Counted from the stretch's first letter, positions 39,229 to 52,455 are shown. The stretch: 64,000 bases of DNA from Felis catus (GCF_018350175.1 NC_058368.1:209872001-209936000), one strand, 5' to 3'. The notes: generated by a model not told the origin, from the sequence alone. Made by a program: numbers and translations.

Positions 39229-39854
39229 GATTAGAAAAAGAGCAGCTTTCACCAGATGTAGAGAAAATGAATGATTTTATTAGGTAATCTGTTGGAATCC
39301 CTTTTAAGGTGTCTGCTATGTTTTTCCCATGTGATGTTTAAGACAGAACTCACTCCTCATGGCCTTGACATGGCAGTAGGTGGAGTCCTCCCTCCTCTAG
39401 TGCTGCTTATACTTGCATCTTTCCTCCACCAAATCCAATAGGACTCAGAATTTTAGTTCCATTTTCAAATTCTTCCAGGACATTGAAGCCATGAAGCCTC
39501 TTGTTCTAGAACAGTTTAGTGATTAAAATGTGGTCCCAGTCTAAGCCTAGTCTCATGGGTTAAAGTGTGTGGAGATGGGATTAAGGAAGGGAGGCATGTT
39601 TACCCTAGGTTGACTACCCTTTGTACTTTTCACTATAATCTCATCACTATGGTCCAGCACTAGCAAATCTTACTCCTCCTGGGACTGGCCCTATTCCAGG
39701 AGGCAATCCTGTCAATCTTGGAGCTACCCCTCTGGCATTCCTTTTATCTACCAGGAATATCTGGTTTTCCCAACTTCTTCTTTTTTTAAAGAAGGTATGC
39801 CTGGTAATTAGAATTTTAACATAGCAATTTCATCATCAGATCTTTGAAGACTGC

Positions 39855-40069
39855 TTTTTTTTTTTTTTTTTTTTTTTGAGAGAGAGAGAGAGAATGAGTG
39901 GGAGGGGCAGAGAGGGAGGGGAGGGGGACAGAGGATCTGAAGCAGGCTCCAGGCTCCAGGCTCCATACTGAGAGCTGAGAGCCTGATGCAGGGCTCAAAG
40001 TCACACACTGTGAGATCACGACCTGAGCTGAAGTCAGAGGCTTAACCAACTGAGCCACCCAGGTGTCCC
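39855..40069 (-). mobile_element. CanSINE
   Basis: Consensus body with a long T tail on the plus strand. Confidence 0.88.
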
Positions 40070-40512
40070 GCCCAATTCATTGCTTCCTTGCTGACCTTTT
40101 AGAGCTGTTTTCTTGGGTCTTCTTGATGAGATTTCAGGCTTTGAGATATTGGGCTTTATGGAAGGAGATCCTTCCTATAGACAAGTCTTGAGTTGATGAG
40201 AGCTGCCTGGAGGTTTAAAAATGCACATTGACTGCATGATGTGATTTGTGTGATTAGGGTGAGAAAGAGGAAAAGAACAAATGAGAGAATGGACAAGGGC
40301 ACAGATAATCTTCAAAAGGAATGAGACAGGCTATGGCCAAAGCTGGGATTTTGATTCTCATTATAAAGGGAGTGTAGACTAGAGGAAGGCTCTCTTCTGA
40401 TCTTTCTCTTGATGTTGACTTAAGATTTTCAGATTCCTCAGCTCCACCAGCATGGGCCCTACAAATTTTTCCCTTATTCTAGTGCCCCTTCAGTCTTTAT
40501 ATTTAAAAAGTG

Positions 40513-40634
40513 TTTACATATTTGTTTTGAGAGAGAAAGAGAGCAGGGGGAGGGGCAGAGAGAGAAAAGAGAGAGAGAGAATTCTAAGCAGACTCTGCAC
40601 TGAGGGCTTAACCAACTGAGCCACCAAGGTGCCC
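40513..40634 (-). mobile_element. Internally deleted CanSINE
   Basis: Head ('aactgagccaccaaggtgccc') joined to the (AG)n region; the B-box segment is missing. Confidence 0.75.
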
Positions 40635-40794
40635 TTGACACATTTAAGTAAATGTTGACACATATAAGTAAATATTTTCCTTTTAAAATTTTTGAAGACT
40701 TGAGTCTTCAAAAATATCTTCTCTTCACAAAAGAGTAAAATATATAAAGTTGTTAGTGTTGCCTTTCTACACTGCTTCACACTCTCAATTTTCA

Positions 40795-42100
40795 CTCCCA
40801 TTTGTTCACTCTTCATGCAACAAATATTGAGTCCCTGCTCTGTGCCCAGCCCTGGAAAGTCATGAAAAAAAAGAGAGAAGGTTTTCACTCTCATGGAGCT
40901 TTACATTCCGGTTGGGAGGAGACAGACCCTACACAAATAAATGCTCGCTGCTTCTGGAAAGGGCTTTGGACCTCACTGTGAGTGGATAGGAAGGCATTTT
41001 AGGGCTTAGCTCCATGAAGAAGAGTGATGGCCTTTTAAAAGGCTAACACTGGTTGCTGCATGGAGAATGGTTAGCTGTATGGAGACTAGTTAGAAAGCTA
41101 CTGGAATAGTCCAGTGAGAAATGATGGTGGCTTAGATTAAGGTCACTAACAGAGACGTGGTGAGAAGTGGCCCTTTTGGGGTTGTATTTTGAAAGAAAAA
41201 CTGTCAGGATTTAATGACAATTTGGACAAAGGTATGAAAGAAAGAGAGTAGTGAAGGATGGAGCTAAGGTTTTAGGATTGAACAACCAGGTAAATCAAGT
41301 TTAATTGAAATGGAGTGGAGAGCCTAAGGTTCAGGTTAGGTGTAAGTGAATGAAGAGTCCTGTTCTGGATCCTCTCAGATCTCCAGATGGAGATGTCTAG
41401 GCGGCAATGGCATCCAAGAGAGTGAAAGCTAGAATTCCATTTGGAACTTGTCAGACACATGGAATTAAGAGCTGCAGTGCGGCATAAGCATGCCCAGGGA
41501 GTGCGTGAGAGTACGTGAAGACAAGAAGATTCATAACTGAAATGGAATGGAATAACTAAAAATTAAATAGTTGAGGTTATTTTATTTAACATTATACATG
41601 CTAGTACACCTAACACTATTACAAAGGCTAGAGTTATATCTAAATGAATCTCTATTATGCTCCCTCATATTGTTAGCCAAATTTGTATAAGCATTTATTG
41701 GCTCAAAAAGGATGACACCAAGGTTTTTGGCCTGAGAAATTGGACGACTGTAGTTGTAATGTACTGATTGGGGGGAATGATCCAGAACAGATTTGTGTGG
41801 GGTGTGGTCAGGGCAAGATATCAAAACTTCAGATAATCAAATGGAGATGTTGAATGGGCTATTAGATAAAAAAGAAGGAATTCAGGGGAAAGGCCTGGTT
41901 TGAGATTAAATTTGGTGTTATCAACATCTAGATAGGGTCTGAAGCTATTTCAGCAGTAAAGGAATGGATGTTGTCTACGAGGGGGTGAGTGTAGCTAGAG
42001 AAAAGATAATCAAGGACTGTTCCTGTGGGCTCTCCAATGTCTAGAAATGGAAAATATATGGAGGAATTGGAAGAGAGACAGTAAGGTAAGGGAGGAGAAA
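40795..42100 (-). mobile_element. LINE-2 fragments
   Basis: 'caacaaatattgagtccctgctctgtgccc', 'ctctcatggagcttacattc', 'gaaatgatggtggcttaga' and 'gatgacaccaaggtttttggcctgag'. Confidence 0.65.
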
Positions 42101-42712
42101 GCAGAAGTACTATCTAATATACCAAATTACCTTAAATATTACAAGTACTTAACCCATCACATAGTCACAGGTTCTTTTAAAACTTAACACAAGTATAGAG
42201 TTTCATGGGTTCGATTTCCATTGTCTCTGAATTTAATTCTAAATCTCTCCAGGATTATAGACACTTGCCTTTGGAAATAATTATGTCATGCAAATAATTT
42301 TAAGGTTGCTTTCCCAAAGGACTATTTTGGAATTATGCTTGCTGTTATACATTTCCAGCTAATTAGTGTTGCCCACCGACCAGAGATTTTGGCAGGGTAT
42401 GATGTAGAAGCTGCAGACATCTATGCTCCTCACTTCAAAATTGTGTAGTTATTAGACCTGATGCTACATCTTTTTTACTGTTAGTAATGAAGCACAAATA
42501 TATGCAATTGTATTTCAATATAATTGGTTCCCTTTGTAATTTTTTTGGTTTTTATTTTATGTACTTATTTTTTTTTATTTTATTTTGAGGAGGGACTTTA
42601 TGAGACCGCCAAAGGGGACAATGGTGCAGAAAAGTGGAGAATCTCTGGTGTCTGGATCTGTGTGGTGCATTCCTTGCATATACTTCCCACTTCTCAGCAC
42701 CACACAACTCTT

Positions 42713-42939
42713 TTTTTTTTTTTTTAATTTTTTTTTCAACGTTTATTTATTTTTGGGACAGAGAGAGACAGAGCATGAACGGGGGAGGGGCAGAGAGAGA
42801 GGGAGACACAGAATCAGAAACAGGCTCCAGGCTCTGAGCCATCAGCCCAGAGCCCAACGCGGGGCTCGAACTCACGGAGTGCGAGATCGTGACCTGGCTG
42901 AAGTCGGATGCTTAACCGACTGCGCCACCCAGGCGCCCC
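42713..42939 (-). mobile_element. CanSINE (young-type subfamily)
   Basis: 'gccatcagcccagagcc' and 'ctgcgccaccc' variants; TSD caccacacaactctt. Confidence 0.93.
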
Positions 42940-43043
42940 ATCACCACACAACTCTTAAAGATGGTGTGATCATATGCTACTGGTTATCTTGGGGATTTGA
43001 CCAATGACAGTATCTTCGTTCACAGTGTCTTTTCTCATCTGAG

Positions 43044-43221
43044 ATTTTATTTTTATTTATTTTTCATTTTTGTGTCATATATATGGAGAGAATGCATGTG
43101 GGGGGGGGGTTTGGAGGGAGGGGCAGAGGGAGAAGGAGAGAGACAGAATCTTAAGCGGGCTCCACACTGAGCATGGAGCCCGATGGGGGGCTCGATCATG
43201 ACCTGACTGAAATCAAGAGTC
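43044..43221 (-). mobile_element. CanSINE lacking its 5' head
   Basis: 'gaatcttaagcgggctccacactgagcatggagcc...aaatcaagagtc'. Confidence 0.75.
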
Positions 43222-43357
43222 CTTCACTTTAGGTAGTGAAGTCTGCTATTGTTACTTCTGTCTCCACGGCTTTTGAGGTTTTTCTAGGTTTTGAGTATTT
43301 CTTGGAGACACTTTCCCCACTCCAAAGTTATAAAAGTATTGTACTCTCCAACATTTT

Positions 43358-43535
43358 CTTAAAAGATTATTTATTTATTTTGAAAGAGACTGAGAGAGCA
43401 AGCAAAGGATAGAGAGAGGCAGAGAGAATCCCAAGCAAGCTCAGCACTGTCAATGCAGAGCCCAACGTGGGCTCGAACCTGAGCTGAGATCAATAGTCCA
43501 ATGCTCGCTCAACTGACTGAGCCACCCAGGCACCC
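43358..43535 (-). mobile_element. CanSINE
   Basis: TSD tctccaacatttt. Confidence 0.85.
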
Positions 43536-43623
43536 CTTCTTCCAACATTTTTATAGGGTTTTGTTTTGTTTTTCATCTAGCACTTCAATCCAATTGGAAT
43601 TCGTTTTTATGTCTGTTGTGATG

Positions 43624-44056
43624 TGTGAAACTGAATAAAGGGAAACCTCACTGAAAATGGAGTAGGGAGGTTGGAGGAGGGAACTCTCATGCCCTGCAAC
43701 TTGTTGCCAATTGCAGACCCCAACAGGAAGAGGCCTACTTTCCTGCTCCAGCAGGAGGGAGAAGAAATTTCTCCTTGCCTGGTAACAAGTTTGGCCAATA
43801 AGAAAATACCACAACTTAGCCAACAAGAAACTGTCACCACCTGGACTATCTCTTTTTTCCCAATGGACTTTCATCCAAAGCAGCCTCTCCCAATGTCCTC
43901 CTTTTCTCTCTAACATAACTTTCTTCTCTTTTGACCTCTAGACTCACATATGGTTTGCCATGGCCTATAAGTCTTGTATTGCAATTCCTCTGCTATGCCC
44001 AAATAAATCCATTTTGCTGGTAAAAATAACTGGCTGTTTTACTTTTAAGGTTGACA
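43624..44056 (+). mobile_element. Solo ERV LTR (433 nt)
   Basis: TG...CA ends, CCAAT boxes, CTATAA (~43965) and AATAAA (~44002) in the expected order; 4-bp TSD gatg/gata. It interrupts an L1 fragment. Confidence 0.75.
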
Positions 44057-44071
44057 GATACAAGGATCTAA

Positions 44072-44304
44072 CTTTTTCAAAAAAATTTTTGACGTTTTTA
44101 TTCATTTTTGAAAGACAGAGAGCGTGAGCGGGGGTAAGGCAGAGAGACAGAGGGAGACAGAGAATCTGAAGCAGGTTCCAAGCTCTGAGCTGTCAGCACA
44201 GAGCTTGATGCAGGGCTTGGTGCAAAGCTCAAACTCACAAACCACAAGATCAATGACCTGAGCCAAAGTCGGACGCTTAACTGACTGAGCCACCCAGGAG
44301 CCCC
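44072..44304 (-). mobile_element. CanSINE
   Basis: TSD aaggatctaacttttt. Confidence 0.9.
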
Positions 44305-44612
44305 TATAAGGATCTAACTTTTTAATTTGTTCTCCTACGATGATAGCTAAATGTTTCAAAACCATTTATTGAATAGTCAATCTCTTTCTCATTTACCACT
44401 TTTTAGAAGCTTTACTGAGGTATAATTGATATACAATAAACTTATTAAAAATATACAATTGGATACATTTTGACATATGTGTATACCCATGAAACCATCA
44501 CCACAATCAAGATAGTGAACTACTCTTATTTCTTAATATCTTCAATTTTATTTATTTATCTTTTGAATGGTTAGCACATTCACATAGTTGAAAATTTAAA
44601 GACATAAAATGT

Positions 44613-44847
44613 GGGGCGCCTGGGTGGCTCAGTCGGTTAAGCGTCCGACTTCAGCTCAGGTCACGATCTCGCAGTCCGTGAGTTCGAGCCCCGTGTCGGG
44701 CTCTGGGCTGATGGCTCAGAGCCTGGAGCCTGCTTCCGATTCTGTGTCTCTCTCTCTCTCTCTCTCTCTGCCCCTCCCCTGTTCATGCTGTGTCTCTGTC
44801 TCAAAAATAAACGTCAAAAAAAATTTTTTTTTTAAAAATTAAAAAAA
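44613..44847 (+). mobile_element. CanSINE (young-type)
   Basis: Perfect TSD aaagacataaaatgt at 44598-44612 / 44848-44862. Confidence 0.93.
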
Positions 44848-44984
44848 AAAGACATAAAATGTTTTATTATAAAAAGTTTCATTACTCATACCTAATTCCA
44901 GCCTTAAGTGCTCATTTCCCTCTCTAGAGGCAATGTCTTTAGTTTCTTTTGTATCCTTATAGAGATGTTTATTTATACCTATAC

Positions 44985-45106
44985 TTATTATTTTTTTTAA
45001 TTTAACTTATTTTTTAAGTAAACTCTACCCCCAATGTGGAGCTTGAACTCACAACTCTGAGATCAAGAATCCGCATGTTCTACCAACCGAGCCAGCCAGG
45101 CGCTCC
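44985..45106 (-). mobile_element. Short tRNA-like CanSINE
   Basis: 'gagatcaagaatccgcatgttctaccaaccgagccagccaggcgc'. Confidence 0.78.
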
Positions 45107-45333
45107 GTCCAGTATGTTTATTATTAAATAGCCGTTATACCTTAGTAAAATTGCTGAAAATATGGTAAGTGAGGAAAAGATTTACTATTCAAAAATAGAA
45201 GTATTTATGCATATATAAGCAAATGTATGTATTGTACACACACACACACAAAATAGTATATAATACACATTGTTTTTCATATTCCTATTTTTGCCTTACT
45301 AATATATTTTGGACATAATTCCATACCTATGTG

Positions 45334-45573
45334 TATTTATTTATTTTATATATCTGTTAACATTTGTTTATTTATTTTGAGAGACAGAGTAAGAGAAGGA
45401 GCATGTGCTCACACGTGGGAGGAGCAAAGATAGAGGGAGAGAGAGAATCCCAAGCAGGCTCCATGCTGTCAGTTCAGTGCCCAAGGTGGGGCTTGAACTC
45501 ATTAACCATGAGATCATGACCTGAGCTGAAATCAAGAGTCAGACACATCAAGGACTGAGCCACCCAGGTGCCC
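45334..45573 (-). mobile_element. CanSINE
   Basis: Consensus body; flanking atacctat repeats. Confidence 0.88.
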
Positions 45574-46394
45574 TCTATACCTATATTAAAAAAAAAAATT
45601 CTTCATTCTCTTTTGCTTCTTAGAATTCTATTGTATGGATATATTCAACAAATATTTATTGAAAACATGAAGTACTTTTCTAAGCTGTGATATATAGTGA
45701 AAAAACAAACAAAAATTCTTTCCCTCACAGAGGTTATATTCTAATGAGATCTATCATAATTTATACGAGTTTCTTGATAATGGACATTTAGATGGTTTTC
45801 AATCTTTTGCCACTATAAACAGTGCTGCAGTGAATACTGTATATATGTCACCTTACGCATGTGCAATCAATTGGTCGAATACAATTCTAGAAGAGGACTT
45901 GCTGGATAAGAGCATATGTACATTGGTAATTGATATGATCACATTATTCTTAGTAGAAGATTTTCAATTTACACTCCCACGAATAATGTATTGATTGTGC
46001 TGGTTCCTCCACGTATTGTTCTATGTGGATTTTTATTTTCGGCAATTTAATAGGTAAAATAATGACAAGTCATTGTAGAGTTATTTACATGTTTCTTCTG
46101 ATTAACGATACTGGGCATTTTCTCATATCTTTAAGAGCCATTTCTACTTTTCCTCTTCATCTATTGAATTGTTAGTTTTTTCTCGCTGATTTATAGAATG
46201 CATATATTAGGACATTTTGGCTTTTCTTCTGCGATTTAACTGTCTAAAATTTTGACCAGTTTGTCATTTATCTTTTGATTAAGGCTATTATGGGTTTTGT
46301 TGTACATAAATTCTGATTTTTATAAAATTGAAATGATCAATATTTCCTTTTATAATGTAGGGGAGGTTTTTATGGTACTTATACAAGTTTTCCC

Positions 46395-46625
46395 GGGGCG
46401 CCTGGGTGGCTCAGTCAGTTGAGCGTCTCACTTCCACTGGGGTCATGATCTCGAGGTCTGCGAGTTCGAGCCCCGCGTTGGGCCCTGTGCTGACCCTTGG
46501 AGCCTGGAGCCTGCGTTGGATTCCGTGTCTGCCCCTCTCTCTGCCCCTCCCCCACTCATGCTCTGTCTCTCTGTCTCTCTCTCTCTCTCTCTGTCAAAAA
46601 TAAATAAACATTAAAAAAAAATTTA
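46395..46625 (+). mobile_element. CanSINE
   Basis: TSD aagttttccc. Confidence 0.9.
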
Positions 46626-47345
46626 AAGTTTTCCCCACTGCAGGATTATAAAAAACTGCAATGATTTCTTCTTGGATTTTTATGATTTCATTCTTTGAAT
46701 TTAAATATTTAATCTACCCGAAATTATCTTGCAATAAAGTAAGGATTCAACCTAATTTTTTTTTCCATTTGGCTGCCCCAACACTATTTATTAAATAATC
46801 TTTCTTTTCTCCATTGATTTAAAATGCTGTCTTTATAACTATTAAATTTTCACATATATTTTTTGCCTTTTTACTCTGCTCCATTGATATGTCTGCATAT
46901 CCAATGTGTCAATACCACAGTTTTAACTACTGTAGCTTTATAATATAAAGACCTTTTTTTCCCACTGCTCTTGTTTTTCATGATTGTCTCAGCTATTCTT
47001 GCATGCTTGTTTCCATATATTCTTTAAAATTAGCTTACACATTCCAATATCTAATTATTTTGTTGGGATTTCTGAGGAGACCAACATATAGCATTTTCCC
47101 CTCTCTGTCCATGTTTTGAACAAATTGAGAAAAAAATGTAAAGAGTTAGGCGTATGGGAAATAAAAGTATAACTTTTATTAGAGACCAAGGCTGAGTTGG
47201 ATAGCTAAGAAGACTTCCAAATAGGCTTGTGAACTGAAACTTAGAATTAGACAGATATGCCCCCCTCGAATCAGAGGTAACCTCTTAAGGTGGGAGCTGT
47301 CCCGGTAAGACTTTGGAACCAATGCTCCTGAAGTCTGTTCACTTC

Positions 47346-47414
47346 AAAAAAAAAAAAAAAAAAAACAAGAACAAAAACAAAAGCAAAAACAAAAAACCAA
47401 AAAAAAAAAAAAAA
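47346..47414. repeat. A-rich low-complexity tract
   Basis: Read directly from the sequence. Confidence 0.85.
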
Positions 47415-48047
47415 GGGAAGGAAAGAAGCAGCCAAGAAGGTCGATTTTATTCTTCTTAAACTTGTCAGAGGACAAGAAGGAGGAGTGACTAAGGGATTGG
47501 AGCAAGACCTTAAAAGTTAGACCTCCATAGAAAAGGAAACTGAAGATTTCCTTTCTAACAATTTGATGCTGGTATGAGCAAATTATTGTCCCACTTTTTA
47601 AGATGAAAGGCATAATAAGATGTTAAGAAGTCACACAGACATCTTTATCTTCTACCTCAGTTCATTCCATAGGCAAAGCCCTTCTTGCCTTCGACAAATC
47701 CCCTACACTAATTATTTTGGAATATTCTCTCACCCCAACATAAATATGAGAGAAATGATAAAGGTAAATTTCTCCATTGCTTTGGGTGTATTTTCCTTCA
47801 TTGAAATGATTTAGAAATAATCTTTAACATAATCTCATGAATAATCCTTAATTCAAACTTCAATTGCTTCCAGTAGCAATTTCAACACTAAATTCAGCTT
47901 TTTCCAGGCCAGGGGTACTTGCTTCAAGATAGCATCTTTCTTGGAAGCTATCCCACAGTTTGGGTTCTGTCTGACTCACCTCAAATTAACTAACCCCAAA
48001 GTGATGCCAACCTGCATGCATAGTTCCCTCCCCATCGTGCTTTTCTT

Positions 48048-49321
48048 TTTAAATTTTTTTGGGGAGAGTTAATTTTATTTGTTCAAGGGCTCATACTGCA
48101 ACCACTAAACCAAGCATGGCTTCAATGCTGTGAGCCCAGATTCACATATTTAGGAGGATAAAAGCAAACTGTGATCCATGTATATGGATGAAAAACTAAA
48201 AGCTCATGGTTAATCACATTGTAGTTTTAAATTTCTATGGCTTAGAAGCCAGAAGTCACAGGTCTTTTAGGTCTTTCTGGATGTCTCACAAAGTATTTGC
48301 ACTTTTCTTGAGCTGAGCAACCTCATCATTTGTCAGCTTCTGGTTGATAACACTGGTTAATCCCCGAGCGTTCAGGATGCGTGGAAGGCTCAGGAAGACT
48401 TTCTTCTCAGTGCCATCCATTCCCTTCACCATGGCTGACACTGGATGAATCCTGGATAGATTTTTCAACATGGATTCAGTGAGATCAGCCACACTTAATC
48501 CAATAGCCCAGCTGGTATATCCTTTTTAGCTTTATGACTTTGTAGGCACCATCTTAAGCACTTCCTTCCCCAATTTTCACTGTCATTGTCTGTTGCCATG
48601 TCTGGATTCAGTTCCTGGAGAGAAATGCCTGCCCCATTCACGCCACTCTGCACAGCCACACTTGAGTCGCCATGTTCTCCCAAAATCCATCCATGGAGCT
48701 GCTGGGATGAATGCCAAGTTTTTCAGCCATAAGGTAGAGAAATCTAGCAGAATCCAGATTACATCCTTTCCAATCACATGGTGGTTGGGTAGTCCACTTA
48801 GCTTCCAGGTAACATATGTAAGAATATCTACTGGGTTGGAGACCACAGCTCTGACACAATCAGGCCCGCACTTGACTATCTGAGAAATAATGAATTTGAA
48901 GATGTTAACATTCCTCTGCACCAGGTTGAGCCGGCTCTCTCCCTCCTGCTGGCGGCCTCCTGCAGTTACCACCACAATCTTAGAATTGGCGGTCATGGAG
49001 TAATCTTTATTTGCCACAATTTTAGGCGTCTGAAGAAATAAGCTCCCATGTTGCAGATCCATCCTTTCTCCTTTGAGTTTATTTTCCAAAACATCCACAA
49101 GGGCAAGTTCATCAGCCAGAGACTCTCCCAGAATGCTGATGGCACATGCTATACCAACTTGTCCAACACCCACTATAGTGATCTTATTGTTTGGGACAGT
49201 TGCCTCTTCTGTGACTGGTGCAATCAGTTTTTTCTTAAGAGTTGCCATTGTGCCCAGAGAGAAACGGCTGTAAGAGTCGCGTGAAGGAGACAAGGTCAGC
49301 TGTGTTGTGACTCTCCATAGA
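48048..49321 (-). pseudogene. LDHB: LDHB (lactate dehydrogenase B) processed pseudogene; ancestral CDS 49248-48256
   Basis: Intronless [12 protein letters not shown]...VGVGQVG...[15 protein letters not shown]...[10 protein letters not shown]...DIQKDLKDL*. Frameshifts near 48767, 48696 and 48570-48525; Trp to TGA at 48286-48288. AATAAA at 48074-48079, A-rich tail 48041-48060, candidate TSD 48037-48047 / 49322-49332 (10/11). Confidence 0.97.
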
Positions 49322-49873
49322 GTGTTTTTCTTATTCTTGATGGTGTCTATGGGATTATTGCTGTGGACCCTAAAACTGGGAGAGGAAGACTGGCACCTCT
49401 TCTGGTTTGCTGAACTTGAAGTTGGAATTATCCAGGGCCATTCATCTACCCTACACCTGTTCTACAACCCCATGAGATCTGGCTGCACTAAAACTGACCT
49501 GCCTTTTGGATGGAACATGTCTCTTCAAGGATCACTGAGCTCCTCCTAATCCACATGTTCTTCTAGGTGGTAGATCCCCCTTAGCCCTCCAACTCTTGTG
49601 CCCCACCCTGAGACACAGGATTCTGTGGAATTCCAGAGCAGGGGCTTTCTTCCCAAGCATATGTTCTGAAACAAAATACTGCTTACTTTTAAATCGCTAT
49701 GTTAATATGGTAGGTGCCCATAGGAAGAGAAAGAATCATCTTAAATGTACGTCATTACTGGAATCAGAAGAGTGAATTTATTTTTGAATGTGCTCCTGAA
49801 AAGGAATTGAGCTTTACTGCATAACCTCCTAAAGAACTAATGCAAGTCATGATTACAAAAAGCTTTCATGGCC

Positions 49874-49875
<2 letters not shown>

Positions 49876-49918
<43 letters not shown>

Positions 49919-49951
49919 TTTTCTTTCCTTGCCTTTCTTCTCTTTTTCTTT

Positions 49952-50003
<52 letters not shown>

Positions 50004-50005
50004 TC
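49876..50005. repeat. Compound (TG)n and (TTTC)n microsatellite
   Basis: Read directly from the sequence. Confidence 0.95.
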
Positions 50006-51194
50006 ATTTTAAAACTCATTCTCTATCTTTGTGCTACTGAGTTCAAGCACACTCCACTTAAGAGCTTGTTAATGTTCATCACAGTATCTGTGTTGAAGTT
50101 TGGGAGGTCCATGGAACTTAATTAGAAAGAAAGTTGGCTCTAATTTTGTCTTTTAGTACCATACCCCCACTTGAAAAAATAAAGACTGGCTGTTTGAAGA
50201 CCCTTAAAAAACTATTCTTTAGTTTCCTCTTGATTTGTGTTTACTGCTCAAAGTTTTCCCAGGGGAGGGTGGGAGGCAACCATAGGACAGTTCAGGCGTT
50301 CTGTTCTACTCCTTTTCTATCGAAGAGCTCCAGATAACAGCCCCAAAGAAGGGAACACATCCAGGCCTCACAGCAGGATGTCAGTACTTTATAATAACCT
50401 CTCCCACAGCCTGAAGCTCCCAGCACTATTCACTTTGTACTAGTACCCTTGACCCAGCACAAAGGAAGACTTTGAAAGTCGCTGGACCCCACATCCCTGC
50501 TGAGAACCCAGGACGCAGGATGCTACACAGCAGTCTTCAAAAAGCCCCCTAATTTTATTTCCATCTCTGATTTCTGGGCCAGAGTCTTCTGCTTGAACAA
50601 GGGGGAGAGCAGCTGTGTAAATAAATACAGATAACTGCAATGAGATGAATGCTTTCCCCCAACTGCCTGCTAAGCTCATATAGGCTCTCAGCTGATTGTG
50701 TAGATGGATAAAGACATGGACCAAATGTGCTGCAATATGTGATATTCTTCAGGGAGGAAAGTGGTATTAAGCACCCAGAAGTGTTCTGTATAAAATAGGG
50801 CTGCTGGGCAACCAGAAGCAGTTAACTGAATCCTATTACACTAGTTAGGAACCTTCAAAAAGCCTGTTTTCCTAACACCTATCAATCATCCGTCCAGCAA
50901 ACATTTATCGAGTATCTACTACATACAAAGCATGTTTCTAAGTGTTTATGGGGTCACTTGGAAAACCTCAGGGAGGTCTGTCTGTGCCTTTAGGCATGTG
51001 GATCAGAGCAAAGGGATAAGTAGTGATTGAAAGTACAGTTTCTGAAGTCAACTGTCTTCAGAATGAAGTCAACATTCCCTACTAGCTGTGTGGCCTTGGG
51101 CAAGTTGCAAACCCTTTCTGAACTTCAGTTTCCTCACCTCTAACATTTGTTTCCTCATGTGCTGCACAAAGTCTGCCACATAACAAACTTCCAG

Positions 51195-51630
51195 TGCAAA
51201 GATCAGCTGCCTTATAGGGCATAGATTAAGCCGATGCAGCAGAAAACAAACCCCACCCCAAATTCAGTAGCACAGCATGGTAGAGGTTATTTCTCTGTCC
51301 AGAGCTGGGAGGTGCAGGGCTGTAAGGGTATTTCTATCACTTTCAACATGTAGCTTCATCTCCAAGACCAAGATGGTTGCTCTGGCTCTTACCACATCCC
51401 TGCCAGCAAGAGAAGGAGAAGGTCAGAGGAGAGTATGCTTATTGCTTTTAAAGGTATAACCCAGAAGTGGCACATACTATTTCTTGTTACATTCCATTTG
51501 CCAGAACTTAGTCATGTGATTGTGTCAAGCTGCATTAGAAGGGTGGGAACTGTAGTGTCTAGCTGGCCATGTGTTTAGCTAAAACTCATAACTTCTGTTG
51601 TGGTGGGCCACAAACCATCCCAGCCACAGC
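51195..51630 (-). mobile_element. Old MaLR LTR (MLT1J/K-like)
   Basis: 'aagatggttgct', 'cattccatttgccagaacttagtcatgtg' and terminal 'cagccaca'. Confidence 0.5.
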
Positions 51631-51699
51631 TATCATTATGACCTACTCACAGGGCTCATGACAGTCACTGCTGGAGGAGCCTTGGAATATCATGGGAGG

Positions 51700-52255
51700 T
51701 AGACTCCTGGACACAGGGGTAAGAAGAAGAAGAAGAAAAAAAACCATTCCAATGGAGGGATAGAGAGCTCAGAGACATCAAAGAGGGGATTTGTTTACAG
51801 TATATTGAGAAGTCTGGATTATCTGGGGTGTAGTGTGCAATAACAGAGCTGTGTGGGAAGCAAGGCCAGAGCATAGGTTAGCAATAGCTCATGAAGGGCC
51901 TGAGACATTTGTACTGTATTTTTCCAGTCAGGGAAGAGATAGTACAGATTTCCTTAGTAAGGGAGGGAAAATTAGGCAATGCACTTTAAGAACGTATGTG
52001 ACAGTAATGAATAGGCAGGAGGTGAATGACCAATTGGAGAAGTCATTTAAATAAACCAGGGATAAGATTTTGAGGGCCTGAACCGGGCTAAAGTGGTGGT
52101 GAGATTGTTAAAAGAGTCAGATGGGAGGCACCTTTGGAAATAGAATTGACAGGATATGGGAACCCACTGAATATGGGTGTGAAGAAAATGGGTCAAGAAT
52201 GACCCCAAGTTCTCCGCCTTTGTTTTTGTCAGGACAGTGATGCCATTAAAAAGGA
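51700..52255 (-). mobile_element. LINE-2 fragment
   Basis: 'gagggcctgaacc', 'tagaattgacagga' and 'gtcaagaatgaccccaag'. Confidence 0.5.
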
Positions 52256-52262
52256 CAGGGAA

Positions 52263-52455
52263 GGGGTGCCTTGGTGGCTCAGTCAATTGAGTGTCTGACT
52301 CTGGATTTCACCTTAGGTCATGATCTCATGGTTCATGAGTTTGAACCCCACATCCGGCTTTGTGCTGACTGTGCAGAGCCTGCTTGGGATTCTCTTTCTC
52401 CCCCTCTCTGTCCCTCCCCTCCTAAAAATAAATAAATAAACATTAAAAAAAAAAA
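52263..52455 (+). mobile_element. CanSINE
   Basis: TSD aaaaaggacagg(g/a)aa. Confidence 0.88.

Larger units (their letters stand above)
43225..47050 (-). mobile_element. Fragmented old LINE-1 (ORF2/3' region) with many nested insertions
   Basis: Antisense L1 motifs such as 'ccatttattgaatagtc', 'tttactgaggtataattgatatacaataaa', 'tggacatttagatggttttcaatcttttgc' and 'ttttaactactgtagctttata'. Confidence 0.7.

Noticed and set aside
47070..47414. A-rich tract as the tail of a second retrocopy
   Set aside because: No properly spaced poly(A) signal, TSD or recognisable parent gene.
49249..49293. 15-aa N-terminal extension on the LDHB ORF
   Set aside because: It starts at a TTG within the retrocopied 5'UTR; the real ATG is at 49248.
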